DNA of 64,000 nucleotides, from contig MU053369.1 in the NCBI GenBank assembly GCA_013239625.1, positions 97,479-161,478 on the forward strand, written 5' to 3'. The position numbers and the translations under genes are program-made. Numbering within the stretch: the first letter of the stretch is position 1; each line of letters starts with the position of its first letter. Source of the DNA: Lama guanicoe. Its lineage: Eukaryota. Shown piece after piece: positions 14,410 to 27,538 of this stretch. The notes beneath the pieces were generated by a model, which saw only the letters and a list, made by a program, of their open reading frames with translations, ran no database searches and had not been told where the DNA came from.

Positions 14410-15425
14410 CCCCAAGCACAAGGAAAAATGAAAACAGAGATAAACTGGAGTTCATTAAAATTTAAAACTTTGCTTCAAAGGACACCATCCAGAAAGTGAA
14501 AAAACAACACTCAGGAGAAAATTTTTTCAAATCATTTATCTGATAAGGAATTTGTATCTCAAAAACAAAATTCCACAGCTCAACAATAAAAAAGCAACTC
14601 AATTAAAAAATGAATAAAGGATCTGAAAAGAAATTTTTCAAGGAAAATATACAAATGGCCAATAAGCACAATGAAACAATGTTTAATAACATTAGCTCTA
14701 AAGGAAATCAAGTCAAAACAACTAGGAGAAACCACTTCAAACTCACTACAATAGGTTATAATCAAAAAAAGAGTAACAAGAACTAATGAGTACACAGAGG
14801 AAGCGGAGCGCGCAGCCCTTGCTGGTGAGGATGTAACACAGCGTGGCCACTTTGGAAAATAGCCTGGCACGTCCTCAGAGAGTTGAACATTTGGTTTCTG
14901 AATGATCCAGCAATTCTGCTTCCTGGGCACACAAGTAAGAGAACTGAAAACAAATTTTCACATAAAAAATCCTACAGGAATATTAACGGCGTCATTACTA
15001 TTCAGAGCCAAAAAAGAGAAACAACCCAAATGTCTATCATGTGATGAATGGGTAAACAGAGGGGCTCAGCCATACAGTGGAATATTATTCAGCAATAGCA
15101 AAGCATAGAGTACTGACCCAGGCCACTAAGTGGACAAACATTAAAAACGTTACTCAGTGTGAAAGAAGTCAGTCACAATAGACGGTTCCACTTAAATGAA
15201 GTGACTCGATTTGCATGAAATGTTCAGCACAGGCAAATCCACAGAGAGAGAAGAGTGGCTCCCTGGGGCTGGGGGATGGGGAAGTTGGGAATGTCTGTTT
15301 ATGCATATGGGGTTTCCTGTTGGGGGGATGAAAATATTCTAAGATTGACTGGGATGCACAATTCTGGGCATAGAGTAAAATCCGCTGTACATTTTAATGG
15401 GTGAATTGTATTAAAACTGTTAAGA
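14410..15425 (+). mobile_element. Old L1 (L1MA/MB-like) ORF2 3' part and 3' UTR
   Basis: atacaaatggccaataagcac, atgatccagcaattctgcttcctggg, acaacccaaatgtctatca, gtgaaagaagtcagtcacaa. Confidence 0.85.
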
Positions 15426-17203
15426 ACAAAAGCACCTCGGTCTAGTACCTTCCCATAGTAAATGCAAATTGCTAACTTTTATTACAGGAAGAAAAAACTG
15501 CCCTCAGCATGAAAGCAGGAGATCAGCAAATGTGAGTTAACCGAAATTGGACAAGAGCATTTCACTTGAAATAGTTGCTGAGTGTACACGAAATATTCAG
15601 ACATGACAAGGAAAATCAGCTTGACATCACGAAGAAGCATTCTGCTTCAAATGCAAATCAAGTATTCGGCAAGCCCAGCTGCTAGAAATGACCAGAGAAG
15701 AAACCTGGTTCTTAAAACAAACACCAGAGCCAACAAGGAAATGGTGGTGAGGAAAGCAGGCGGCCGAAAATCTGGAACAGTTTGCTACAAATAATTTCTC
15801 CACTGAAAATTCAAAAATAAAATGAAAGTGATGCAATGCTGTGTTGACCTCACGTGAATGGGCTTCCTACAGTGCTCGACAGTTCTGTAACCCTGAATGA
15901 GAGACTCAGGAGAATCAAGATAGCTCCTGGGAGTCCCCAAGTTACTGCCCACAAGCACGCTGACAACCATCACATCTGCCAGGGTTAAATTCCAGAGAAC
16001 AGACCAACTTCTGAAAGGCACAGCAAATGTTGACAAGGGAAGAAAAGGCTGCAGTCAGTCCTGGGACAGAGGCCCTGAAAGCAGAGGACAGAAGGCTGCA
16101 GGTGAACTGGTGTGGCACTGGGGCAGGAAGGGACCACGGGGTAGCAGATCTCAATTATCTTCTCTCTCTCCCTCTGTTAGGAGAGATAAAACCTGCATCC
16201 TTCTCACCTGGAACTGTGGGTTCTGGCTAGCAGAAGTCTTACGTACACGGAATGAATTACTCAAGACTGTGGAAAAATTAAAGAAAGCAAGAGAGATTAG
16301 GGAGCCAACTCCACGAGTCTCTCAAATGCTCCCATATTTATTGTGTATAATCAAAGGAAAAAGTCATTAACAGTTGTGTGATAGTAAACAGGAACTTGGG
16401 GAAAGACAGGATGAGACAGAGATTGTAGAATCCACCATGAGTACAAAGGCTTAGTGTACCTTTAGGGAAGTCATGGGGAGAGGGGAACAAGATACATTCT
16501 TAAGAAACATGTTCATAGCAGAACACCAGACCAGCCAGGTCCCTGTTTTGGGGATAATAGACTATCAAACACCACGCAGGCCCAGCGTTTATAGCTGAGG
16601 GCCTGGGTCATTGCTGTGCAATGAGCAGAGGGCTATCTAAAACCACAACTATGCAAGCAAGGCATTGTCTCTGCTTTTTATGGCAAGGAGACAGGAGTGT
16701 GGATGCACAGGTGCTTGCTTAGAAGCAGTTACTAAGCACATTTTTTTCTTATTAAAGTTGACAGGCAGCTGGGGTGTGTTACAATTTGTTAATGCAATCA
16801 TGGGGTCCCACATGGAACCATTAAGGAGGACAGCCTAGGATGACAAATCCTGGCTCTGGGTCTTTTCCTGCCAGCTTCGGCCACTTCAGCAGGGTCTAGA
16901 CACATCCCTGAATAACGACCCCACAGAACCACCGAAACTCTTAACTCCTTGCGCTTGAAACTTAATTTTAGCTCTACACAACTTAACGTAGAAAAGTTTC
17001 AGTAATAAAAGATATTATATTCTTTTTATATCTCATCATATTACTGATTTTTCTGATTGCTCTAAGCTGCTTCTACTTGGTAAAGCACGTAATTCTGAAG
17101 GTGAATTCAGTTCTTTCCTTTGGGCATAACTAGACATTCTGGGTTGTCTGACTGCTATTGGTCAAATACTGATACACATAATTGATATCTTTGTTCATCA
17201 ATT

Positions 17204-17280
17204 TCAGCCTGGAGATGTGGGACTGTCACTATTTTCCTCAGCCCACCCTCTCGTCTTTTCTCATCAGCATCTCAGGCCTC
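17204..17280 (-). other. Candidate terminal exon remnant
   Basis: Strong acceptor tgctttgttttattttcag|GAGG; purine-rich sequence follows, with stops in all frames. Confidence 0.3.
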
Positions 17281-18068
17281 CTGAAAATAAAACAAAGCAT
17301 TTGTTTCCCTTAATGTACACTTTCCACAAAGGCAACAGGAATCATCAGCCTAGAGAATGAATTCAACACAAATGTTAAAACAAAAATCTACAAACCTGAA
17401 GCAACTCCATCTCCGAATCATGATACACAATGACATGAGAGTAAGTGTGTAAGGCACAAAGCATTCGTGAGCCTGACGATCTCATTTCTATTCTTCAAAG
17501 GAAGGAAGGTTTTCATATTTTTTCTTATCATTCTTTGTCATTGTTTCTGATTAAGCCAAAAAATTTTTTATGAAATAATTAAGCACTGCAATAACAGATT
17601 TTCGCTGTATCAATTACAGAAGGAATTCAGAGGGGATAGGAAAACCCACCTCTGTAAAAAATGCAAAATTCCTTCCCCTGTTAAGAACACGAATACAAAA
17701 TGCAACAGAGAATTCAAATTCTTGTGGAGAGGACAAAAGCCACAGAATCAAAGCAAAGTCATTATTATGACTCAATCCAAAATTCACTGGACAAACATGC
17801 TCAATGCATTCAAATAATTTTAAAGGCACACTGCAAACCATTCACTTAATTATCTACAGGCTAGAGGAAGAATTTCCCTCTTTAACAGACAATATAAATC
17901 TATAGGTTGCCCTACCAAACGAAGACCAAACATCAGGTTTTTAACAGTTCTGATAAATCAGCATGTTCTAAAGATCAAAATCCAGAAATTTTAAACATTC
18001 ATCCACACCAGAATGAAACAAGCACTTAAAAATAAAACCCAAAGAAACTAAACACATTGATCACGTAC

Positions 18069-18095
18069 CTGGATCAATGAGAAATTCTTGTTCAG
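18069..18095 (-). other. Candidate 27-nt micro-exon
   Basis: cttgtacttttatgcag|CTGAACAAGAATTTCTCATTGATCCAG|gtacgt; frame-preserving length. Confidence 0.4.
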
Positions 18096-18955
18096 CTGCA
18101 TAAAAGTACAAGCTATATAGCCTTTTACTTGAAAAATAAAACTACTTTTAAAGAGAACTGCTAAAACACATTTCATCATTCATGTTGCATTGAAAAATCT
18201 GAGGCACTTGTCTCTGATCAGAAAAGCAATTCTGAGTATTAGTATTTTACAATTCAGTGCCAGTTTGCTTTTGAAGAAAAAAGAAAAGTGACTGTTTGTC
18301 ATCCTGCACAAAGTGTAAAGAACCTCCCTGCCTCTATCTCCTCCCATTTTCTAAGCTCATGCTCCCCAACCCTTCTGAAACAAGTATGAGAACTTCTTAT
18401 TCCCACAAATATGCCAAATGACAAAAGAGTATCAATTTACTTGTGTAAATATATACCTACACTATGAACTGGAGGAGAAAGGTATCAGATGGCTATATGG
18501 AACTTATTCCTACATTCCTGAAATCACACACACACACGTTCACAGAGACACAGACATATACACACTGAATGAATGGGCACTTCACAAGCTAAGGACTTCC
18601 AACTTCTAGAAGATAAGTTTGTAGTTAGTTTAAAATACAAAACTGTCAGCTTTTGAAAGCCTTGAACTTTGCTAAATCATCCAAATATCAAAGAGACCCA
18701 ATTAGCCTTCTCTGTAGAAAGTAATTTCCCATGATGGCAAAGCAAACCCTAAGAAGTAGGGGATCCAAGACTCGTGTTTATCACTACCTATGATCGTTTT
18801 TAAACACGTAAACAGATTCAGAAAGGTATGTCCCTACGACATTTATTCTTATTGAAATAGCATATGTATTCAATTGTCTATGCAGAAAATAGGTCCCATG
18901 ATGGTGTTTAAGAACTATTTTATGTATTGAAACATTTATTTTTAAGTGCAGACAA

Positions 18956-19090
18956 GGAGGGTGGGTATTACTTAGTTGTAGAGCACCTGTTGAGCATGCA
19001 CATGTTCCTGGCTTCAATCCCCAGTACCTTCATGAAAATAAATAAACACAAGTGCTTATTTAAAAATAAGAATAAATTTATAAAAAAAAA
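18956..19090 (+). mobile_element. tRNA-Ala-derived camelid-type SINE
   Basis: Degenerate A/B boxes (tacttagttgtagagc...ggcttcaatcccc) followed by an A-rich tail. Confidence 0.8.
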
Positions 19091-20494
19091 ACATACTAAA
19101 AACCACTGCNNNNNNNNNNNNNNNNNNNNNNNNNNNNNNNNNNNNNNNNNNNNNNNNNNNNNNNNNNNNNNNNNNNNNNNNNNNNNNNNNNNNNNNNNNN
19201 NNNNNNNNNNNNNNNNNNNNNNNNNNNNNNNNNNNNNNNNNNNNNNNNNNNNNNNNNNNNNNNNNNNNNNNNNNNNNNNNNNNNNNNNNNNNNNNNNNNN
19301 NNNNNNNNNNNNNNNNNNNNNNNNNNNNNNNNCCGTGACACCAGCCCAGGGCAAGCGCTGACAGTGCTGCTCTGAGGGGACACCCAGCTGCATGGAACCT
19401 TGGGGAACTGGGGAGTCCCAGAAAACACTCAAAAGTGTTCAGTGAAAAACCAGCTCAAATATATTACACTGTGCCGCATCCTCTAAACATGGAACATGAC
19501 TGAGACCTATTTGATGCCTCCGTGCCCTTTCTGCCATCATCATTTACTTGCCCTCTCAGCACGGCCATGATGAACTGGACCCCTTATGAAGTGCACTCAG
19601 ATGGAAGAGCTTTTAAAGCTGTTTTAGGAAATTTGTAAGACTCTGTCTAAGCCTCACACAGGCGGTCATCCATCACTTCTCACCGGTGCGGATGTACCAC
19701 CTGAAATCACACCTTTCTGCTTTTTAAAAGCCCTTCATTTAATACACACTTTTAAACAGCAAAGAAGTAGCTCAACCACAGACAGTGGACAGCTTTCCAC
19801 CAAATGGAATCGAACAGCCCATCGGACTACCTGGAAGCCCTTTTCTTCTATTAAACCCACTTCCAGGTACTTCATCATTTTCTGACTGCTGGACTCGGCC
19901 TCTGACTGGCCTACTCAGAGAGCTCCCATCCTCACATCCGGGGGTGGGAGAGGACCCTGCTGTTGGGAGAAATCAGTGAGGAAGGTGGACATCCTCCAGC
20001 CATGTCTGCATGTGTGGAAATGCCACAACGTGCTCAGAAATTATACCGTCATTACCCCTGGGTTCCCATGGACTGGTTTCACATTAACCAAATTTATGAC
20101 ACACTGTTGCAAAAAAACCAGAAATATAATTTATTAATGTAACAGAAGATGTGAAACTATGAACCAGACTGAAATATCAGAGTTCCACCAAGAGTACAGT
20201 TTCTCCTCCACGGCCCAATCACGGGCAGGCAGTCACATGGCAAGCGTGGACAGAAGCAGAGCAGGAAGGGTTTCTAGATTAACTCAATGGAATAAATTTC
20301 TGTTATACGAACAGATCTGCTGCCCAGAAGACAACGCCAATCACGGTGCACTCTCCGTGGACAGTGGCTGAGACACGACTGAGCACCTGTATAACTCTCC
20401 TTTCCCTGTCCATTCTGGGCTAAGTGATGCACAGAGGTACAGAGATACAGGGATGCAGATACCTCAAAACACCCAAAGCCCATCCCTGGGAGCC

Positions 20495-20720
20495 TGGAAA
20501 CCAGACAGCCAGGGTTTAAATCCCAGTTTTGCCACATACTAGCTCTGTGACCTTGGCCAAATTTCTTACCCTCTGTGTGCTCAATTTCCACACTGTAAAC
20601 CTGGGATAACAATCAAATCTTCCATACTCACTTGTTGTGAAGATTGAAGGATTCATTTCTGTAAAACTCTCAGAAAAGAATGTAGCACATTTTTGGTACC
20701 CAACTAATGTCAATTTAATA
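20495..20720 (+). mobile_element. MIR SINE (one of many; others near 0.6, 5.6, 6.9, 14.2, 21.6 and 59.5 kb)
   Basis: agacagccagggtttaaatcccagttttgccacatactagctctgtgaccttggccaaatttcttaccctctgtgtgctcaatttcc. Confidence 0.85.
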
Positions 20721-23700
20721 AGAAAGTGATTTACAAGTCTCCCATCTGATCATCTTCTGTGTTTCATGGCTAGTCTGAGACCCAAAGGAAATCCTTATTT
20801 CCCCTCTTATAAACTCTTGGGGAGAACCCTTCTCTTCCAACCTGTTTAAACTGAGGGAGGGGATGCCACCTCCCCACTCCTCTGGTCCATGGGAGACTGC
20901 TTCTCCCTTCACACCCATGGCCCACGGCTTGCCCTCCTCATACTAACAGATTGAGGTGTCAGTCCGGGAAGACAAGCAGGGCATATGAAACCTTTCCTTT
21001 CCCTCCAGTGTTGGCCACCCTTAGGAAGCACCCGGGATGCTCAGCTCCATGGCAAGACAGCCCTGTACATTATGGGTCAGATCCTCTCAAGGGAAGGCTC
21101 GCTGTGGCCCAGAGTTACCTGGGACTGCGTGAGTCTCTAATTCTGGGACATAGTGTCATGACACTGACTCTCCCACCGCACTGAATTTCATGGAGAACGT
21201 GGCTTCATCAGTAATAAAGGAGATATTTATCGCCTGCTGTTCTTCTTTGTCATCTCTCAGTTGGCTGCTGGAGACAACATGTGTATAAGTATTGGGTCCC
21301 TTAAGCCCCAACATATATGAAGTAACAAAAAATTTTGTGGCTTAATATTGTTTCAGGGCGACTGTGTAACAGTCCTGACTCTTCTGATGCTAAATTATGG
21401 GTATAGGAACTATGGAACCTCCTCAAATATCTTTCATCATAAAACCATCTCTTCTTATTTTCCTGTTTCTTAGTAATTGCCAAAGACTCTCAAATGATGG
21501 CTTCACACCAAACAGCAGTTAAGTTTATGAGCCCTCTTGACATACCCACTGTGCTAAACAATTTACATAATTTCTAATTCTCACAATTCTACAAAGCAGA
21601 AATGAGTGTCCCCGTCTCATAGACGAGGGAAAATACAGAACGAACTGACTCAGGCTCAAGTGGCTCAGTGGCAGAGCGTGCACGCAAACCCAAGTCAAAA
21701 CACTACACCCCATCGTATATGTACCAAATCTCCTACCACCCATTGACACACAGCGGCGGGGTCAATACTTAGGGAACTCAGTACACTTTTCAGCTTTAAG
21801 GTTCTCCAGAGGCCGCTTCTATCTGTCTTATAAAATCCCAGCTCACTGGTTTCTAACACTGGAAGGAAAGTCCGATGTTGCCATTGCTTGCACAGGAAGT
21901 CTGAAATATTCACAGCGAGATGATAGAATAAAACTAAGATATAAGCAGAATATTATTTCCAGGTAGACAGACACAGTGGACACTGTGCTATCCTGAAGCA
22001 GTAAGCAAAGGAATCAAAACAAAATAGTTGTTTAAGCCTTCTTTTACAAACAGGAATATTAAGACTGTAAGAAGGTGCAACAGCGCCACCTATGGCTAAA
22101 AAGACCTTCCAGGTTGCCGGGAAAGATGCAACACAAAAATTGCCTGTGGATCAGAAACAAGAATCAGATAACTAAAAGCATATGTAGCACATAATGCACT
22201 TCGCTTCGGGAAAGGGAGGGGTATTCAGTATTTAATCTGATGTTGCTAATACTGCTGAATATATACAAAGACACAGGCTCATGGAAACTCATCTTGAAGA
22301 GGAAAGAATCCAGTCCAGCCACTTCATTTTAAAGGAGGGGAGACAGATCTGGGATCTGTCCTCCTGGCCATCGGCATCAAAGCACTCCTAGGCCTCATGT
22401 CTTGCACTGTAGCAAAAACCAACAGACCTCTACTAGGCCTATATTCATAAAAGCCATGTCTGTATTTTTCCAACAGTAGGTAATCTAAGTATCTTGCAAA
22501 ATACTTCTCAAAGAGCCAGGAAATCATACAAGTGTATTGAAATGCAAAAACATTTATTTACATATTAAAACAGCATGAGCTTTTTTCTATTAAAAAAGTT
22601 GACATGTCAAATCAATATTTTGATATTTTAAAACCTATTAAGAGTGCAGAAAAATAAATCAAAACTTTCTTTAATCACAAAAGAGAGAAGCTTATTCCCT
22701 GAAAATGATCAATGTGGATTTTTCTAAACTTAATGCTTCTGGTCAGATTCCTATGAATTTAAATGTCTGAGTAGATAGTTACACGGCAACATGAATACTG
22801 AGTTGTAACAATACACATTCTGTGTAAATAATCTTCAAGGTCGTCTGCTTAAGTCAATTTAAGTAGACCCTGTCTCACTAGAATGATACAGATTTCATTA
22901 AAACTTCATACTGCACGCACACACACACACAAAACCCTGAATCTTTATTACTTTAAGCCATATTCATATATATCCATATTGAATATGCATCAGAAACAAG
23001 CCACCCTCTTTAGTATTCACAGTTGATCCTTCTAAACTATCTGTCATTTTGACAGCACATTTTTACTAAGCAGCTCTTGGATGCTTTGTATACAAGGCGT
23101 CTACCTCTCACAGTCAGACACGGTAAACGGCATCACTCAAATTTTACAAATGAGGAAATATACTTAAGCCTTGAAAACAACTTAAATTTTTATCATCAGG
23201 AAAGAAAAGAGTAAAGATTTTACTTTCAATATTCACTGACAAATTTTTCTCCATACTAAGATTACATAAAACAAATTCAGTCATTGCAAATTATTCTGTC
23301 AATAAGCACCACTACAGAAAAACAAGCAACATCATTAGCAATGCTTGGACATTCAAAGCCCACCCCTATTTTGCACTATAATCATTTTTAATGTTTTGTT
23401 TTTAGTGATTACATAACACTAAAATAAAAAAACCATAAACTATTTAAGTCATTACCTGAGAATGCAACATATGTGAAAATGTACAATTTTAATTTATGCC
23501 ACTCTGTCTCACATTCTCACTGGTGTCTCTCCTTTGAAGGCCTCATCAGGCTGAGATCGCCAAAATCGGTCATTTATGGACTCACAGGAGTTCGGGAAAC
23601 CACTCAACGGGAGGCTGATCAGAGGAGAAATTGAGAATGCATCCTGTGCAGCCTGGGTTCCAGCACCGAGCTAGGCACCGCCAGCTGCGTTTGATTTGGG

Positions 23701-24085
23701 ACAAGCTGCCCACCTCTCAATCCCTCAGCTGCAAAAAGGNNNNNNNNNNNNNNNNNNNNNNNNNNNNNNNNNNNNNNNNNNNNNNNNNNNNNNNNNNNNN
23801 NNNNNNNNNNNNNNNNNNNNNNNNNNNNNNNNNNNNNNNNNNNNNNNNNNNNNGGATTACTTTGTTAAGCTAGACCAAAAATTAGAAATCACCATAAAGA
23901 AGAAACATTTTAACTCAATGAGCATTTCCTTTTGAATGGATTGAAGAAAGTTCTATTGATTTTTTTAATAAACCAAACTTTGTCCATTAATTATAGATTT
24001 ACAGGTTCATGAACAAGTCTCCAGAAAAAGAATTAGAGACCTCTAACCTCTGAATAATAAAAAAGTAAAGTTTAAAAAAATTTAC

Positions 24086-24190
24086 GGGGGAGATTATACC
24101 TCAGTTGAGAGAGTATGTTCTCAGCATGCATGAGGCCCTCAGTTCAGTCCCCAGTAACTCCATTTAAAAACTATTTTTTTTTAAAAAAAT
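24086..24190 (+). mobile_element. tRNA-Ala-derived camelid-type SINE
   Basis: gggggagattatacctcagttgagagagtatgttctcagcatgcatgaggccctcagttcagtccccag plus A/T tail. Confidence 0.8.
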
Positions 24191-25249
24191 GGAGAATTAA
24201 AGCAAAAAGATGGAGGACTAGAGAATTTTTTAGAGACTCAACTCAGTTTTAAGATGGGGAAAAAATATCCATTTCTCACAGGAAATCTTGAGAACTATGT
24301 AAACAGAATCTGAATTGTCTAGTGTTTTAACATTATTCATGAATTCATATTACCAAGTCTTAAAACTACCTGATAACCCACCGTGGTTATACTGATCATA
24401 AAATCTACCAACGCGGATCGAGCTCCGGCTAGGACTGCTCTGTTCTGACATATCTGCCCCTGAGTCCTCACCAGGCTGACAGCACTAAATTTTGTCATTC
24501 ATGAGCATCTCGTGTAAGTCTTCCATTTGTGCTTCTCACTCTCTCCTCACCAGCCCTTCTGAGGGAAGCACTGTTATCGTCTTCCCCACCCGCAGATAAG
24601 GCCACTGAGGCACAGAGACTAAACCCGTTCCAGGTCACAATGGCATTAAGGGACTCTGTATTTCTGCTGTTTTGCGATTGAGAAAGGAATCTGAGATATC
24701 AATTCAAGGGAGACTCTTAAATAATCAAGTCTGTCAGGTCTTCACCTCAAAGAGCAGATACTATAAATTCCTGATGTAGGATGAGGCTGCCGCCACAAAA
24801 TGACTCAGCTAGAAATTAATATCCAAGATGAAGCAGCGGATACACATAAATATTCATGACTGTCAACTCCGCTCACGGGTCTTGGCCCTTCACTGCCTGA
24901 ATGGGGGTGAAATACCGTGTCTGGGAGGGAAGCGCGGCTCTTCCCGGTCTCACCCTGGCTTCACGGGCTGTTTCCCCCAACAGACTGTCCTCAATGATTA
25001 AAAAGCTCTCAAGATTTTTACACCAGGCAAAACTAAAAGACATTTCTGCAGATGGAGCACTTTCCCAGGCTTAAACCTTACTTGCCTACACTCAGCAAGG
25101 GGGAAAAAAGAAACATGACTCTGCAAAGTCTCTGAGCCTTACCACTCACAGGAGTAGAATGGCCTCAGCACGAGATGAGACTTCACATTGCAGGGTGAGA
25201 ACAAAATAAAGCCGCCCCAACCACAGGCACTCCCAGAGACAGCGCTCAG

Positions 25250-25765
25250 CAGTCTTCTGCACACTCACGGTTGTGCAGCCCTTAACACCATCTATATCCA
25301 GAACACTTCATCGCCCAAAAAGAACACCCCTGTCACTAGCAGCCACTCCCCAACCCACCTCAATCCAGCCCCTTGCAACCATCACCTGCTCTCTGCCTCT
25401 GCATGTGCATATTCTGGGCTTTTCAGATCACTGAAGTCAACAATATGTGGCCTTTTGTGTCTGGTTCCTTTCACTTAACGTGCTGTTATCAAGGCTCGTC
25501 CATGTTGAAGTGGTATCAGCATGTCTTTTTTTTTTTTGAAAATGTTAAACTGTATTTGAAGGTGGTTAATACTATCAAAAAGTGTATAGAGGAGTATAAA
25601 GGGTGGGGTTTCAAAGGGAAAAGTGCGGGTTGAGCAGTCAGGGTGGACTTCCCAGAGCAGATGGATTTTTCATATTCCCCTTTATTTATTTTTTCTTTTT
25701 TATTCACTCTTATGTCTGAATAATATTCCACTAAATAGAGATACTACATTTTGTTCATCCATGCA
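25250..25765 (-). mobile_element. Old L1 3' UTR interrupted by a ~176-bp insertion
   Basis: atatgtggccttttgtgtctggttcctttcacttaac...[insert 25526-25701]...tctgaataatattccact. Confidence 0.7.
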
Positions 25766-26357
25766 GCAGCCATATATGGACAAGGTCCAGAAGAATGAGT
25801 GTAAGAGGTGGCTAGCAGGGATGGCATTTAAGCAAAGGGCAAGATGTGCTTTCCAGAAAAAAAAAGCGAACAATCAGAGGCACAAGGAAATTCAGTGCGT
25901 TCCTGAGAAAGTGCATGGTTGCTTCAGTAGGACTGCCGTGCAGGGCTGTGGGGGATAGTGACAGGAGACACAGTGAGGGAGTCACCTGAGAATATTCCCC
26001 ACTGCAAGCAGCTCAGCCAATTCTCCTCCCTCATCCTGTATTTTAGAGCCATTTTTGCTAGGTTTTCTCTTATTTCAATTAAAAGTACTTTAGTTACACA
26101 TCTGATCATCTACATCAGACCACATTACCTCCAAGCGACAGAAAATCATTCACTGACCGGAGCAGCTCCAAGACATAACGGTGATGGACCATGGAGTCCT
26201 GTAGCATCCCAGCCTGCAGGCACAAACCACACATGTTCCCTGGTGATGTCCGGAAAGTAAAATGCATGGAAATATCTCACTGCTGGTGCACGACATCTGC
26301 CCCAAAATTGCCCCAAAATCATGCTGGCAAAGCACTACTCAACCCTGTCACTACCGG

Positions 26358-26448
26358 AAAAAAAAAAAGACAGAGAGAGAGAGAGAACAAAAAGAAAAGG
26401 AAAGAAAAGAAAAAGAAAGGAAAGGAAAGAAAAAGAAAAGAAAAGAAA
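26358..26448 (+). repeat. Purine-rich (GAAAA/GA)n low-complexity tract
   Basis: aaaaaaaaaagacagagagagagagagaacaaaaagaaaaggaaagaaaag... Confidence 0.9.
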
Positions 26449-27490
26449 TGAATAAAGCTAAGAAAGCAAATTTAGGCTCTTCCATTGAAAATCAGCAACC
26501 ATCACTGCCAGTATCTGAGCTGGAATGATCCTGACTTCAGAAACCACTGCGCAGTTACTTTTCAAACATGACAGACATATATGTATTTCACGTAGATGAT
26601 ATTACAGTAGGATTTTTCTTTTTGAAATTTCCAGTTGCAACATTAGCACAAGAAAGTTTATGTTTCAGCTTTAAAAAAAATCAATTATTTTCCACTTTGT
26701 TAATTTTGAATCTATTATTATTTTATAAAGGGAGCTATGCTGCAGATTATAAACCAACTGTTTGGCTTCTGCAAATAAGACCTATATGACTTCACTATTT
26801 CAGAGCAAGCTTTAACGATGCTTTGAAAAGTGCTGTCTGGGGCGCTCACTAACAGCTCTTTAAATACTGACAAGAATGTGCTATTAAGTAATGCAAAGGC
26901 TCTAACTACACATCAACTCAGAAAACCAAAGAAACTACACCAAAGCCTTACTTTATCATTTTTAAATATTCCGATTCTTTTTAATATTAAATTTCTTAAA
27001 AGATAAGTTTTTTTTTTGAGAAAGACAGCAGTTGCATTAAATTTCCCCTCATCAAGAAAGCAATTTTATCAAGAATTAATACCCCTATGGAAACCCAAAA
27101 GACGGGACGTTTCTAGCTAAGTGAACATGCAGATCTCAACACAAGCCTATATTCTATCAGATCTCAGTCGAACGAGCTCAACAAAGTCCTGGGCTACCCT
27201 GGAACTTAGCTCTTCTGTTCCACATGTTGGCTGAGCTAGGATCATCACACAAGGCAGGGAAGGAGAGAAGAGGAAAGTCCAGCTGGCGGCCTCCATCTGT
27301 TTTCTTCCAGCCACAAGGTGCCGCTAGAGCGACCCCGCTAAAAAGCCCTCCCCATAAGGAAATCCGGCATCCACACTGCCCCTGAAGTCCCCAAGTAGCC
27401 CCGACGCCCCTCTCCCACTGGTCACCTCCCAGCCTGTGAATGGTCTTCTAAAGACCCTCCCAGTTGGTGGCACCCTCCCCCTCTTCCCTG

Positions 27491-27492
<2 letters not shown>

Positions 27493-27537
<45 letters not shown>
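27493..27537 (+). repeat. (CA)n microsatellite
   Basis: About 20 AC units. Confidence 0.95.

Positions 27538-27538
<1 letters not shown>

Noticed and set aside
15582..15830. QAAENLEQFATNNF resembling ANKRD26 QAASQENLEQFRENNF
   Set aside because: Similarity does not extend on either side, and there are no matching splice sites on that strand.
22081..22097. CTCF-like motif CAGCGCCACCTATGG
   Set aside because: Only the core half matches well; function cannot be supported from sequence alone.
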